A stretch of 64,000 bases of DNA from the NCBI GenBank assembly GCA_046291875.1, contig JBKBSF010000019.1, forward strand, positions 19,111-83,110, read 5' to 3'. The position numbers and the translations under genes are program-made. Positions 1 through 9,121 of the stretch are shown one piece after another (the stretch's first letter is position 1; each line of letters opens with the position of its first letter). Below the pieces are notes generated by a model. It worked only from the letters and a program-made list of their open reading frames with translations. It was not told where the DNA came from and ran no database searches. Source of the stretch: Bacteroidales bacterium. GTDB lineage: Bacteria > Bacteroidota > Bacteroidia > Bacteroidales > UBA7960.

Positions 1-1528
1 CCGAATTGGGCGTCTGCCGCAGAATAATGCAATGGTCGCACTGAAAAAAGTACTCTTTGAAGTTTTCCTGGGCAATCCAGAATTTGGCAGGAGGATCTTG
101 CCTTCCAATGGCCTGCGGTCCTGTGATGGGCCCAAAGGGAGGAATCAGTAAATGGTTTACAAAAGAGAGGATAAGATCATCGATGATCTTGTAGTTTTCC
201 GGAATAAGTTCATGATCGTGGTCAAAATGAGGTTCGTGCCCCCATCCTTCGAAAGTATACAGGGTGTGTTCAAGCCCCAGTTGCTGAGTATGTTGCAAGA
301 TACTGGCCGAGCCATGGAGGCGTCTGGAAAAGAATGCAGAAGCCCTTGCGCTTACATTGGCAAAGGGAAAATCGGAACCATAGGGTACAACATAATCCTG
401 GTCGCCATGAATAGATAGTAAGGGAACACGATTGTGGGGTTTGATGACAGACAGATCGTCGAGGGCGCCCCACATGTTTACAGCTCCTCTTATGGTAAAG
501 GGTCCGTGAAGATCATTAACGGCACAATCCAGGCATCCCAGGTCGGGCTGCAATCGCAGCACACTTCCCCTTGCACTGGGCCATATCTCCGACTCATCCA
601 TAAATGTTGTTTTCAGGGTGAGAATTCCTCCGGCGCTGTGTCCTGCCAGAACCACAAAGTGAGGGTCGATCCGATACCGGTTGTGGTGGTGCGAAAGGTA
701 GCGCAAGGCAGCCCTTACATCCTGCATGGCGCTGTACATGGCGCGCTCCAGGTTCGAATACCTTCCGGGCAGGAAAATATATCCCAGGCGGTAGTTTACA
801 GAAGCAACCACAAATCCCCGTCGGGCATAGTCTTGGGCTAGTTTGGAAACAAGTTCGTCGCCTTTATCGCCGGCAATAAATGCCCCGGCATGCAGCAAAA
901 CCATGAGGGGGCGGTTGTTTTGCAAATCACCTTCAGGCTGGTAAATATCCATTTGCAAAGGTATGGACCGGCGAAGCAGGTTGGAAGTGATACCTTCTGC
1001 CACTTCAAACAATACCTGATTGTAGCTTTTGTTTTCGCGCTTTTCGATGGAGCGGGAAGAATAAAACCCGGGAGCATGCCCATAAACAACTTCCTCTTTT
1101 GTTACCATTGAGAACAACGCATCGTGGTAGCGAAAGGGTGCGCACGGGAAACTGCGGGTATAGTATTGGCGGAAAGAGATCCGTTGGTTAGCTCCCACCA
1201 GGTAAAACTGATCATGGTATACCTGGAGTCGACCCTGAAGGTTGGCATGACCGCTGAGACGAAATCGTGTAACATTGCGCGATTGCCTTACCCGGAAAGG
1301 CTGGGGTGTGGCAATGGCCTTGTTGAGGGTAATGTATTGTCCGCGCGACGCACTTTCAAACTTCACTGCAATTCCCATCTCTTCACTTATATACCAGGTG
1401 TCGTGCGCAATTCCTGGTGTTGAAGGGGTTTTGCAGGAGGAGTGCCATATCAGAGCCCAGAGAATAATCAAAAACAGGACATGAGGGGTGGGTCTGGGTG
1501 TGGCAGTTCGGTTCCCTGAAAGCTTCAT
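1..1528 (-). CDS. alpha/beta-hydrolase fold esterase/lipase, partial (3' end runs off the left edge of the window)
   Basis: Absent from the ORF track because no stop is reached. Manual minus-strand translation from the ATG (complement of 1526-1528) stays open to position 1. N-terminus MKLSGNRTATPRPTPHVLFLIILWALIWHSSC looks like a signal/lipobox. It also has LMVLLHAGAFIAGDKG and the GxSxG nucleophile elbow VVLAGHSAGG, then SIHGDQDYVVP and GWGHEP. Confidence 0.7.
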   Translation of the reverse strand, partial: MKLSGNRTATPRPTPHVLFLIILWALIWHSSCKTPSTPGIAHDTWYISEEMGIAVKFESASRGQYITLNKAIATPQPFRVRQSRNVTRFRLSGHANLQGRLQVYHDQFYLVGANQRISFRQYYTRSFPCAPFRYHDALFSMVTKEEVVYGHAPGFYSSRSIEKRENKSYNQVLFEVAEGITSNLLRRSIPLQMDIYQPEGDLQNNRPLMVLLHAGAFIAGDKGDELVSKLAQDYARRGFVVASVNYRLGYIFLPGRYSNLERAMYSAMQDVRAALRYLSHHHNRYRIDPHFVVLAGHSAGGILTLKTTFMDESEIWPSARGSVLRLQPDLGCLDCAVNDLHGPFTIRGAVNMWGALDDLSVIKPHNRVPLLSIHGDQDYVVPYGSDFPFANVSARASAFFSRRLHGSASILQHTQQLGLEHTLYTFEGWGHEPHFDHDHELIPENYKIIDDLILSFVNHLLIPPFGPITGPQAIGRQDPPAKFWIAQENFKEYFFQCDHCIILRQTPNS

Positions 1529-1654
1529 TTTTTGGCAGGTTTTGATTTGGCAATCAGCAACAGGTTCGCTGTTGCGTATCGGCCAAATATATAACGTTTT
1601 TGACGATTAACCAGAAAAAGTACGGTTTTTTTGTGTTCCATCCTCAGGCTTATC

Positions 1655-1662
1655 TAACTTTG
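1655..1662 (+). promoter_or_regulatory. Bacteroidota-type -7 box TAACTTTG (consensus TAnnTTTG) upstream of galM
   Basis: Exact TAnnTTTG match about 90 nt upstream of the galM ATG. A TTTG at 1630-1633 lies 21 nt upstream, matching the -33 element spacing. Confidence 0.45.
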
Positions 1663-1752
1663 CATCGCAATACTGCATAACAGCAAACAGGCACCCAGGT
1701 GAGGCAAGCAACACCAAGCCTCGCAAGTCACAGGCTTTAAAATAAATAAGGC

Positions 1753-2793
1753 ATGATTGTAACAAAAACCCCTTTTGGCACTTTACAGGATGGCCGCATA
1801 GCCATGCTTTTTCAATTCAAAACCTCCAATGGTTTGCAGATCAGGATCAGCAATTTTGGCGCAGCCATCATTTCAGTAAAGTACCCGGACAAATCGGGCA
1901 ATTCGGAAGAGGTTACTGCAGGATTTCCTCAGTTGGGTCCTTACCTGCAAGGCCACCCCTACTTTGGAGTGGTAGTGGGTCGTTTTGCCAATCGCATTGC
2001 CGGGGGCACTTTCAGCATTGATGGAAAACCCTACAGCCTGGCCTGCAACAACGGACCCAATCACCTGCATGGCGGCCCCCAGGGTTTTCATACCAAACTC
2101 TGGGATTACTCTCTCCTTGAAAAACAAGATGAGGCACATCTTACACTTCGGTATTTCAGTCCGGATATGGAAGAGGGCTATCCGGGCAATATGGAGGCAG
2201 AGGTAACCTATGTGGTAGCCGACAACAATAAGGTTGATATCTGCTACAAGGCTCAAACAGACCAGGCCACCCATGTAAACCTCACCAATCATGCTTATTT
2301 CAATCTGAGCGGTTTCAGAGAGAATATTCAAAACCATTGCCTGAAGCTACATGCCTCTCACTATCTTGAGATCAATGAACATCAGATCCCTACCGGAAAA
2401 CTCATCCCTTGCCAGGATACTCCCATGGATTTCAGCAAGAACAGCAAACTTGCCAACCAGGGAATGCCTGTAATGCAAGAGCTGGATCATTGTTTTGTAC
2501 TTGAAGAAGACAGAGACTGGCAAACGCTTCCTGCAGCTGTTTTGCACCACCCCCAGAGTGGCCGGAGGATACAGGTGTTTTGCAGCCAACCTGGCATACA
2601 GGTCTACACATCCAACTTTCTGGATGGAAGTCTGAGAGGCCATAACGGCATGGCTTATGCCAAACACAGTGCCATCTGCCTTGAAACACAGCATTTCCCC
2701 GACAGCCCCAACCAGCCTCATTTCCCATCTACCCTCCTCTTGCCAGGGCAGCAATACAACCAAACTACCCGTATGATTTTTGACAACCACTAG
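1753..2793 (+). CDS. galM: aldose 1-epimerase (galactose mutarotase)
   Basis: 346-aa ORF. FGVVVGRFANRIAGGTFSIDGKPYSLACNNGPNHLHGG and HLTLRYFSPDMEEGYPGN are typical of the aldose 1-epimerase family. Sits in a galactose operon. Confidence 0.9.
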   Translation: MIVTKTPFGTLQDGRIAMLFQFKTSNGLQIRISNFGAAIISVKYPDKSGNSEEVTAGFPQLGPYLQGHPYFGVVVGRFANRIAGGTFSIDGKPYSLACNNGPNHLHGGPQGFHTKLWDYSLLEKQDEAHLTLRYFSPDMEEGYPGNMEAEVTYVVADNNKVDICYKAQTDQATHVNLTNHAYFNLSGFRENIQNHCLKLHASHYLEINEHQIPTGKLIPCQDTPMDFSKNSKLANQGMPVMQELDHCFVLEEDRDWQTLPAAVLHHPQSGRRIQVFCSQPGIQVYTSNFLDGSLRGHNGMAYAKHSAICLETQHFPDSPNQPHFPSTLLLPGQQYNQTTRMIFDNH

Positions 2794-2948
2794 TTGCAAG
2801 AATTGATTTTACCCACTTTTTGAGCGAAATAGCACATCTTGCCACCTGATTGCAAATCCTCCTCTTACTTTTTTCAGGAAAAAATTTGGCATTTAGGTTT
2901 TTTTGCGTAATATTGTCAATCATAACAGTACAGAACAGTTAGGTTGGC

Positions 2949-3950
2949 GTGAGGCAAATCATCCATATCGATAAGGATTCGTCGGTATCCAAATACCGCC
3001 AGATTATAGCCTCGGTGGGCATGGCCATTGCCAGTGGGCAGCTTAAGCCAGGCGACAAAATGCCCAGCATCAACCATCTGTGCAAACAATGGAAACTATC
3101 CAGAGATACGGTACTGAATGCCTATTACGAGCTACGGTCGAAAGGGATTATATCCTCAGCTCCTGGCAAAGGATTTTATGTGGAGAAAGCACAACCCCAT
3201 GTGGAACAAAACGTTTTCGTTTTATTTGACGAAATAAATGCTTTCAAGGAGGACCTTTTTCAATCTTTCAAGGCAAACCTGCCACCTGAGATTACCACCG
3301 AAATATTCTTTCATCATTTCAACCCCGGTTTGTTCCGGCAGTTGCTGGACCACAACAAGGGTAAGTATACCACGTGGGTGATTATGCCCGCCAATCTTGT
3401 CTCTGCGGCCCAGCACATCCGCAATCTTCCGGGCAGAGTTGTAATACTGGACCAATGGCCCCAGGACCTGGAGGCTGACTATGCAGGGGTTTACCAGAAT
3501 TTCCGGAAAGACACCTATGAAGCTCTTTTGTCGGGCCGCCAGCTCCTGGATCGCTACAATAAACTGATCATGGTGCACCCAGGGGGGAAAGAACCGGAAG
3601 GGCAATTCAAGGGATTTCTGGAGTATTGCCATCATACCGGAACATCGCACGAGCTCATCAACAGCCTTGATGGAAGAAAAATATCGGCTGGCGAGGCATA
3701 CCTTGTTATCTGGGATCGCGACCTGGTATGGCTGGTAAAACAAGCCGCTGCCAAAGGATTGAAACTGGGCAAAGACCTGGGATTGATATCCTACAACGAC
3801 ACAGCACTGAAAGAGGTGGTTGCCAGCGGTATTACAACCATTTCCACTGATTTCAGGCAAATGGGACAAACCCTTGCCTGCCTGGTGGCTGAAAACAAAA
3901 CAGAACGTATTGAAAATCCATCGCGACTGATCATAAGAGGATCGCTTTGA
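2949..3950 (+). CDS. transcriptional regulator, GntR-type winged-helix N-terminus fused to a LacI/periplasmic-binding-protein-like sugar-binding domain
   Basis: 333 aa with a GTG start. N-terminus is KYRQIIASVGMAIASGQLKPGDKMPSINHLCKQWKLSRDTVLNAYYELRSKGIISSAPGKGFYV (GntR HTH). The C-terminal ~250 aa has a PBP-like alternating pattern (ISYNDTALKEVVASGITTISTDFRQMG). Confidence 0.8.
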   Translation: MRQIIHIDKDSSVSKYRQIIASVGMAIASGQLKPGDKMPSINHLCKQWKLSRDTVLNAYYELRSKGIISSAPGKGFYVEKAQPHVEQNVFVLFDEINAFKEDLFQSFKANLPPEITTEIFFHHFNPGLFRQLLDHNKGKYTTWVIMPANLVSAAQHIRNLPGRVVILDQWPQDLEADYAGVYQNFRKDTYEALLSGRQLLDRYNKLIMVHPGGKEPEGQFKGFLEYCHHTGTSHELINSLDGRKISAGEAYLVIWDRDLVWLVKQAAAKGLKLGKDLGLISYNDTALKEVVASGITTISTDFRQMGQTLACLVAENKTERIENPSRLIIRGSL

Positions 3951-3979
3951 GAACACATAATCATTAAACCAACACCCCA

Positions 3980-4888
3980 ATGCAACCAACACTATTGATA
4001 CTTGCTGCCGGTATGGGCAGCCGATATGGCAGCCTCAAACAGATTGACAAACTGGGGCCCGGGGGCGAAACCATCATCGACTATTCCGTTTTTGATGCCA
4101 TGCAGGCAGGATTCGGTAAAGCTGTTTTTGTTATTCGCAAAAGCATCGAAAAGGACTTCATTGATGTATTTGCAGACCGGTTCCTGAAAAAAATTCCTTA
4201 CGAAATTGTATTTCAGGAACTGGATCTTCTCCCTGAAGGGTTTGCGTGTCCGGAGGACAGAACCAAACCCTGGGGCACAGCACATGCGCTCTGGGTATGC
4301 CGCAATGTGGTGAAAGAACCTTTTGTGGTGATCAATGCCGATGATTTTTACGGAAAGCAAGCCTACCAGGTACTGGCTGACCATCTCAGGCAAAACCCGG
4401 AACATGAGAGTAATAATTTCGCAATGTGCGGTTACAAACTACACAATACACTATCGGAACATGGTAATGTAACCCGCGGCATATGCAAAATAAACCAGGA
4501 AGGATACCTCGAATCGGTGGATGAGCAGTTTAATATTGGGCGGGATGAAACCGGGATGATAGTGAGTTACAAGGATGAAGAAAATTTGGTTTTACTTCCG
4601 GATGAAACGGTTTCCATGAATATATGGGCATTCAATCCGTCAATATTTCAACTCATTGAAGAGTATTTCGTCAGATTTCTAGAAAAACAAATCCACCTAC
4701 CCAAATCCGAACTTGTAACACCCCAGCTGGTTGACCAGATTATAAAAGATGGAAGGGGCAAAATTAAAGTGTTGCATTCGGCATCTAAGTGGTTTGGCGT
4801 TACCTACGCAAATGACAAACCCCTTGTAATGCAAACCCTGAAAGAACTAACAAACAGCGGAGAATATCCAAAAAAGCTTTGGCAATAA
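3980..4888 (+). CDS. sugar-phosphate nucleotidyltransferase (NTP_transferase fold), substrate unknown
   Basis: 302 aa. N-terminal LILAAGMGSRYGSLKQIDKLGP is a G-rich nucleotide-binding loop. KPWGTAHAL and VINADDFYG are typical of sugar-1-P nucleotidyltransferases. Confidence 0.75.
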   Translation: MQPTLLILAAGMGSRYGSLKQIDKLGPGGETIIDYSVFDAMQAGFGKAVFVIRKSIEKDFIDVFADRFLKKIPYEIVFQELDLLPEGFACPEDRTKPWGTAHALWVCRNVVKEPFVVINADDFYGKQAYQVLADHLRQNPEHESNNFAMCGYKLHNTLSEHGNVTRGICKINQEGYLESVDEQFNIGRDETGMIVSYKDEENLVLLPDETVSMNIWAFNPSIFQLIEEYFVRFLEKQIHLPKSELVTPQLVDQIIKDGRGKIKVLHSASKWFGVTYANDKPLVMQTLKELTNSGEYPKKLWQ

Positions 4889-4959
4889 ACCTTAACAAGA
4901 ACTCTGATTCTTAGCGTTTCAGCGGTTCTAATCAAAAATCCTAAATCAAAAATAACATC

Positions 4960-6600
4960 ATGGGAACATTTCACACACTCGATTATGTAATTTTTGCGGC
5001 CTATGGGTTGCTGATCCTTTCGGTAGGTCTTTGGGTGTCCAGGGGCAAAAAAGGAGAAAAGAAAAGTGCCGAGGACTACTTCCTGGCCAGCAAGAGTTTG
5101 CCCTTCTGGGCCATTGGTGCCTCGCTGATTGCAGCCAATATTTCGGCAGAGCAATTTATCGGCATGTCGGGCTCGGGCTTTGCCATAGGGCTGGCCATTG
5201 CCTCCTATGAGTGGATGGCGGCGCTTACACTGATCATTGTGGCCAAGTTCTTCCTCCCGATTTTCATCAAACAGGGGCTATTTACCATACCCCAGTTTAT
5301 TGAGAAACGTTTCAACACCAACCTGAAAACCATCCTGGCTATTTTCTGGGTTGCCTTGTTCATTTTTGTAAACCTGACCTCTGTGCTGTTTCTGGGCGCA
5401 AAGGCCCTTGATACCATTCTGGGCACAGGCGATGGCTCCATGATCATGTATTTCATAATAGGTCTGGCATGTTTTGCTGCCGCTTACTCCATCTGGGGTG
5501 GCTTATCGGCAGTAGCCTGGACCGATGTAATACAAGTGGTGCTGCTTGTGGTAGGCGGATTTATCACTACCCTGATTGCCCTCAACCATGTAACACCCGA
5601 GGGGGGTATTCTTACAGGTGTTTCGCACATTTATGCAACTGCTGGCGATAAGTTTCAGATGATTCTCAGTCGCGACCATTCTCAATATCTCAACTTACCC
5701 GGCATTGGGGTATTGATTGGAGGTATGTGGGTTGCCAATTTGTACTACTGGGGCTTTAACCAGTACATTATTCAACGTGCACTGGCAGCAAAATCGCTCA
5801 AAGAAGCACAAAAAGGTCTTGCCTTTGCTGCATTTCTGAAACTGCTTTTACCCATTTTTGTGGTAATCCCGGGTATTATTGCCTATGTAATGTATATGCA
5901 ACCTGCCGGAACAGCTCTGATTGATGGAGTACAAAGCGATTTTCTGCGTGCCGACGGCACCATCAACTATGATATCTCTTACCCCTGGCTGATCCGTACC
6001 TTTATTCCTATGGGTATCAAAGGCCTTGTGGTGGCAGCCCTTACTGCAGCCATTGTATCATCGCTTGCCTCTATGCTCAACTCTACAGCAACCATCTTTA
6101 CCATGGATATTTACAAACCCTACTTCTCTAAAAGGACAGATGGCACCGACCTGGTACCGGTAGGTCGTATTTCAGTAATGGTTGCCCTGGGCATAGCGGT
6201 ATTCCTGGCACCCGCCCTCGATTCTATGCCCCAGATGTTTCAATACATCCAGGAGTATACGGGTGTGGTAAGCCCGGGAATTCTGGCAGTATTCCTCATG
6301 GGTCTGTTCTACAAGAAAGCCAACAGCAAAGGGGCTATCATAGGTGTAATTGCATCTATACCTGTGGCATTGTTGCTCAAACTTCTTCCCCTTGAAATGC
6401 CTTTCCTCGATCAAATGATGTACACCTGCCTTATCACCATTGTAATCATCGTTATGGTGAGCCTGCTCACTGCCGACCACGATGAAGACCCCAAAGCAAT
6501 TCCGCTGCCAAAGGAAACTTTCAAAACCGGAAAGAATTTCAACCTGGCAGCCTATGCAGTGGTACTGATACTGGTAGTGCTGTACACTGTGTTCTGGTAA
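4960..6600 (+). CDS. sodium:solute symporter family sugar transporter (SGLT-like, probable Na+/galactose-glucose symporter)
   Basis: 546 aa and polytopic. SLPFWAIGASLIAANISAEQFIGMSGSGF and WGFNQYIIQRALAAKS are SSS/SGLT hallmarks. Located between regulator/NTP-transferase and galK. Confidence 0.9.
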   Translation: MGTFHTLDYVIFAAYGLLILSVGLWVSRGKKGEKKSAEDYFLASKSLPFWAIGASLIAANISAEQFIGMSGSGFAIGLAIASYEWMAALTLIIVAKFFLPIFIKQGLFTIPQFIEKRFNTNLKTILAIFWVALFIFVNLTSVLFLGAKALDTILGTGDGSMIMYFIIGLACFAAAYSIWGGLSAVAWTDVIQVVLLVVGGFITTLIALNHVTPEGGILTGVSHIYATAGDKFQMILSRDHSQYLNLPGIGVLIGGMWVANLYYWGFNQYIIQRALAAKSLKEAQKGLAFAAFLKLLLPIFVVIPGIIAYVMYMQPAGTALIDGVQSDFLRADGTINYDISYPWLIRTFIPMGIKGLVVAALTAAIVSSLASMLNSTATIFTMDIYKPYFSKRTDGTDLVPVGRISVMVALGIAVFLAPALDSMPQMFQYIQEYTGVVSPGILAVFLMGLFYKKANSKGAIIGVIASIPVALLLKLLPLEMPFLDQMMYTCLITIVIIVMVSLLTADHDEDPKAIPLPKETFKTGKNFNLAAYAVVLILVVLYTVFW

Positions 6601-6608
6601 ATAATGGC

Positions 6609-6674
6609 GGGTGTAATGGGTAATGGGTGAATCACTCATCACTCATCACCGATCACCCATTACCCATTACACCC
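6609..6674. other. perfect 22-bp inverted repeat (hairpin) with a 22-nt loop in the symporter-galK spacer
   Basis: GGGTGTAATGGGTAATGGGTGA (6609-6630) is the exact reverse complement of TCACCCATTACCCATTACACCC (6653-6674). The loop ATCACTCATCACTCATCACCGA has its own short tandem repeat. No U-tract follows. Confidence 0.85.
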
Positions 6675-6694
6675 TTCATCCAAAATTCAATACA

Positions 6695-7843
6695 ATGAAT
6701 CAACAACAAGTAGAACAAATATTTGAGCAAAAGCACAAGCAGCCGCACCGGATCTTTGCTGCCCCTGGCCGTATCAATCTGATTGGCGAACACACCGATT
6801 ACAATGAGGGTTTTGTGATGCCTGCAGCCATTGACAAGAGGATCTATCTGGCCATTGCTCCTGTGCCTGGCAATAAAGTTGAAATTTACTCAGCAGATTT
6901 TGACGAGACGGTAACCTTTTCGCTGAACCAGGCTCTGAACGATATGCCCCACTGGGCCAAATACCCCTATGGCGTTGTCAGAGAGCTTGAAGCAGCAGGC
7001 CATACGCTGCAGGGTTTCTGCGCCGTTTTTGGAGGCGACATCCCCAAGGGTGCCGGACTGTCATCGTCTGCTGCCCTCGAGAGTGTGTTTGCAGTAGCTC
7101 TTAACACCCTTTTCAGTTTGAATATCGACAACATGACCCTGGCCCGGATAGGACAAAGGGCTGAGCACAACTACGCCGGAGTTAAATGCGGCATCATGGA
7201 TCAGTTTGCTTCCATCCATGGCAAGAAAGACCATGTAATGATGCTCGATTGTCGCTCACTGGAGTATGAATACCGCCCCCTGAAACTGGACGGATTTGAA
7301 CTGATCCTGGCAGACACCCGGGTAAAACACAGCCTTGCCTCATCGGAGTACAACCTGAGGCGGCACCAATGCGAAGAAGGTGTAATGGTGCTGCGCACAC
7401 AAATGCCTGCAGTACGCAGTTTGCGCGATGTAAGACCCAAAGATGTTTACCCTTACAGAGAAATGATGGGCGAAGAGGTTTTCATGCGCTGCGAGTACGT
7501 TACAGAAGAGAACCAACGGGTGAAAGAGATGGCCAGGGCCCTTGAGGAAGACGATATGCCTCTGGCAGGTGAGCTTCTTTTTGCTTCTCATCATGGCCTG
7601 AGCAACAAATACCATGTAAGCTGCCCCGAACTGGACCTTCTGGTCGATATAGCCCGAAACACCCCAGGTATACTTGGAGCAAGGATGATGGGCGGCGGAT
7701 TTGGGGGTTGCACCATCAACCTGGTAAGCTCTGACGCGGCAGAGCAGTTCAAAGAAAGTGCCTACTCAGGATTTAAAAAACAATTCGGAACCGAACCTCT
7801 GTTTTACAAGGTAAACCTCAGCCAGGGAGCTACAGAATGTTAA
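6695..7843 (+). CDS. galK: galactokinase
   Basis: GRINLIGEHTDYNEGFVMPAAI (galactokinase signature) and GAGLSSSAALE (GHMP kinase motif). I place the start at the ATG at 6695 (MNQQQVEQIF...). The track start at 6623 lies inside the hairpin. Confidence 0.93.
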   Translation: MNQQQVEQIFEQKHKQPHRIFAAPGRINLIGEHTDYNEGFVMPAAIDKRIYLAIAPVPGNKVEIYSADFDETVTFSLNQALNDMPHWAKYPYGVVRELEAAGHTLQGFCAVFGGDIPKGAGLSSSAALESVFAVALNTLFSLNIDNMTLARIGQRAEHNYAGVKCGIMDQFASIHGKKDHVMMLDCRSLEYEYRPLKLDGFELILADTRVKHSLASSEYNLRRHQCEEGVMVLRTQMPAVRSLRDVRPKDVYPYREMMGEEVFMRCEYVTEENQRVKEMARALEEDDMPLAGELLFASHHGLSNKYHVSCPELDLLVDIARNTPGILGARMMGGGFGGCTINLVSSDAAEQFKESAYSGFKKQFGTEPLFYKVNLSQGATEC

Positions 7844-7885
7844 AACAATTTTCATCGTCAGAAAACATATTGCAGGGGGAAATTG

Positions 7886-7893
7886 TAACTTTG
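7886..7893 (+). promoter_or_regulatory. -7 box TAACTTTG upstream of galE
   Basis: Exact TAnnTTTG match 41 nt upstream of the galE ATG. No well-spaced -33 TTTG was seen. Confidence 0.35.
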
Positions 7894-7933
7894 TTTAAAA
7901 CCTGATAAATCTGCAAATAAATACCGCAAAAGC

Positions 7934-8965
7934 ATGTCTGAAAAAATACTCGTTACCGGTGGCACCGGCTATATTGGCTCTCATACTGTGGTGGAACTGC
8001 AACAGAGTGGCTATGAAGTTTTAATAGTTGACAACCTTGCCAATTCTGAAGAGAGCATTGTAGGCCAGATTGAAAAGATTACCGGTGTTCGCCCTCATTT
8101 TACCCAGCTTGATCTGAGTGAGCGTCAGCCCACACTGGATTATTTTAAGCAACACAACAACATTGCGGGGGTAATCCATTTTGCCGCTTACAAAGCAGTT
8201 GGAGAATCAACCGAATTTCCATTGAAATACTACCAGAACAACCTGGGCTCGCTTGCCAACCTGATGGAAGCCATGGCCCTTGTTAACTGCAAAAACCTGG
8301 TGTTTTCCTCTTCCTGCACCGTTTATGGTCAGCCCGATGTATTGCCCGTAACAGAGAGTGCTCCTATCAAAAAGGCTCTCTCTCCCTATGGCAATACCAA
8401 GCAGGTTTCGGAGGAGATCATATTCGATCAATGTCTTACCGGAAAGGTAGAGGCCATTGCGCTGCGCTATTTCAATCCCATAGGAGCGCACCCTACAGCA
8501 CTCATCGGAGAACTGCCTCTGGGTGTGCCCAACAACCTGGTTCCATTTATTACACAGACAGCCATTGGCAAACGCGACAAGCTCAGGGTGTTTGGAGATG
8601 ATTACAACACCCCCGATGGCACCTGCATACGCGACTACATCCATGTGGTGGATCTCGCCAAAGCCCACGTTGTAGCCATGGAGCGACTCACGCAAGGCAA
8701 AAATCTGGAACGGTTTGAGGTATTCAACCTGGGTACCGGAAACGGTTTCAGTGTACTGGAAGTGATCCAGACTTTTGAGAAAGTAAACAGCCTGAACCTA
8801 AATTACGAGATCGCACCCCGCCGCCCGGGCGATGTGGAGCAGGTTTGGGCAGAAACCACACGTGCCAACGAAGTGCTGGGCTGGAAAGCAGAGCTGGGGC
8901 TGGAACCCATGCTGCAGTCGGCATGGAAATGGGAGTTGTATTTAAAGGAGAAAGCAACCCCCTGA
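7934..8965 (+). CDS. galE: UDP-glucose 4-epimerase
   Basis: 343 aa. ILVTGGTGYIGSH is the Rossmann GxxGxxG, SPYGNTK is the YxxxK catalytic motif, and DGTCIRDYIHVVDLA is present. Confidence 0.95.
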   Translation: MSEKILVTGGTGYIGSHTVVELQQSGYEVLIVDNLANSEESIVGQIEKITGVRPHFTQLDLSERQPTLDYFKQHNNIAGVIHFAAYKAVGESTEFPLKYYQNNLGSLANLMEAMALVNCKNLVFSSSCTVYGQPDVLPVTESAPIKKALSPYGNTKQVSEEIIFDQCLTGKVEAIALRYFNPIGAHPTALIGELPLGVPNNLVPFITQTAIGKRDKLRVFGDDYNTPDGTCIRDYIHVVDLAKAHVVAMERLTQGKNLERFEVFNLGTGNGFSVLEVIQTFEKVNSLNLNYEIAPRRPGDVEQVWAETTRANEVLGWKAELGLEPMLQSAWKWELYLKEKATP

Positions 8966-9121
8966 CAGATATCACAAAGGAGAAGGCTGTCTGAAGAATG
9001 CCCACTGGTTACTATCGGGCACTCCTCAAACAGCCTCTTCCATTTTTAACCCCATTGTACAGAAAACGATTCAATTGAAAGCAGCAATATTTTCTGACAC
9101 AGGGGCCTTCCGATCATCCTC

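Noticed and set aside
6623-6694. N-terminal extension of galK in the ORF track (MGESLITHHRSPITHYTLHPKFNT).
   Set aside because: These codons are the loop and right arm of the 22-bp inverted repeat. Galactokinase homology begins after the internal ATG at 6695.
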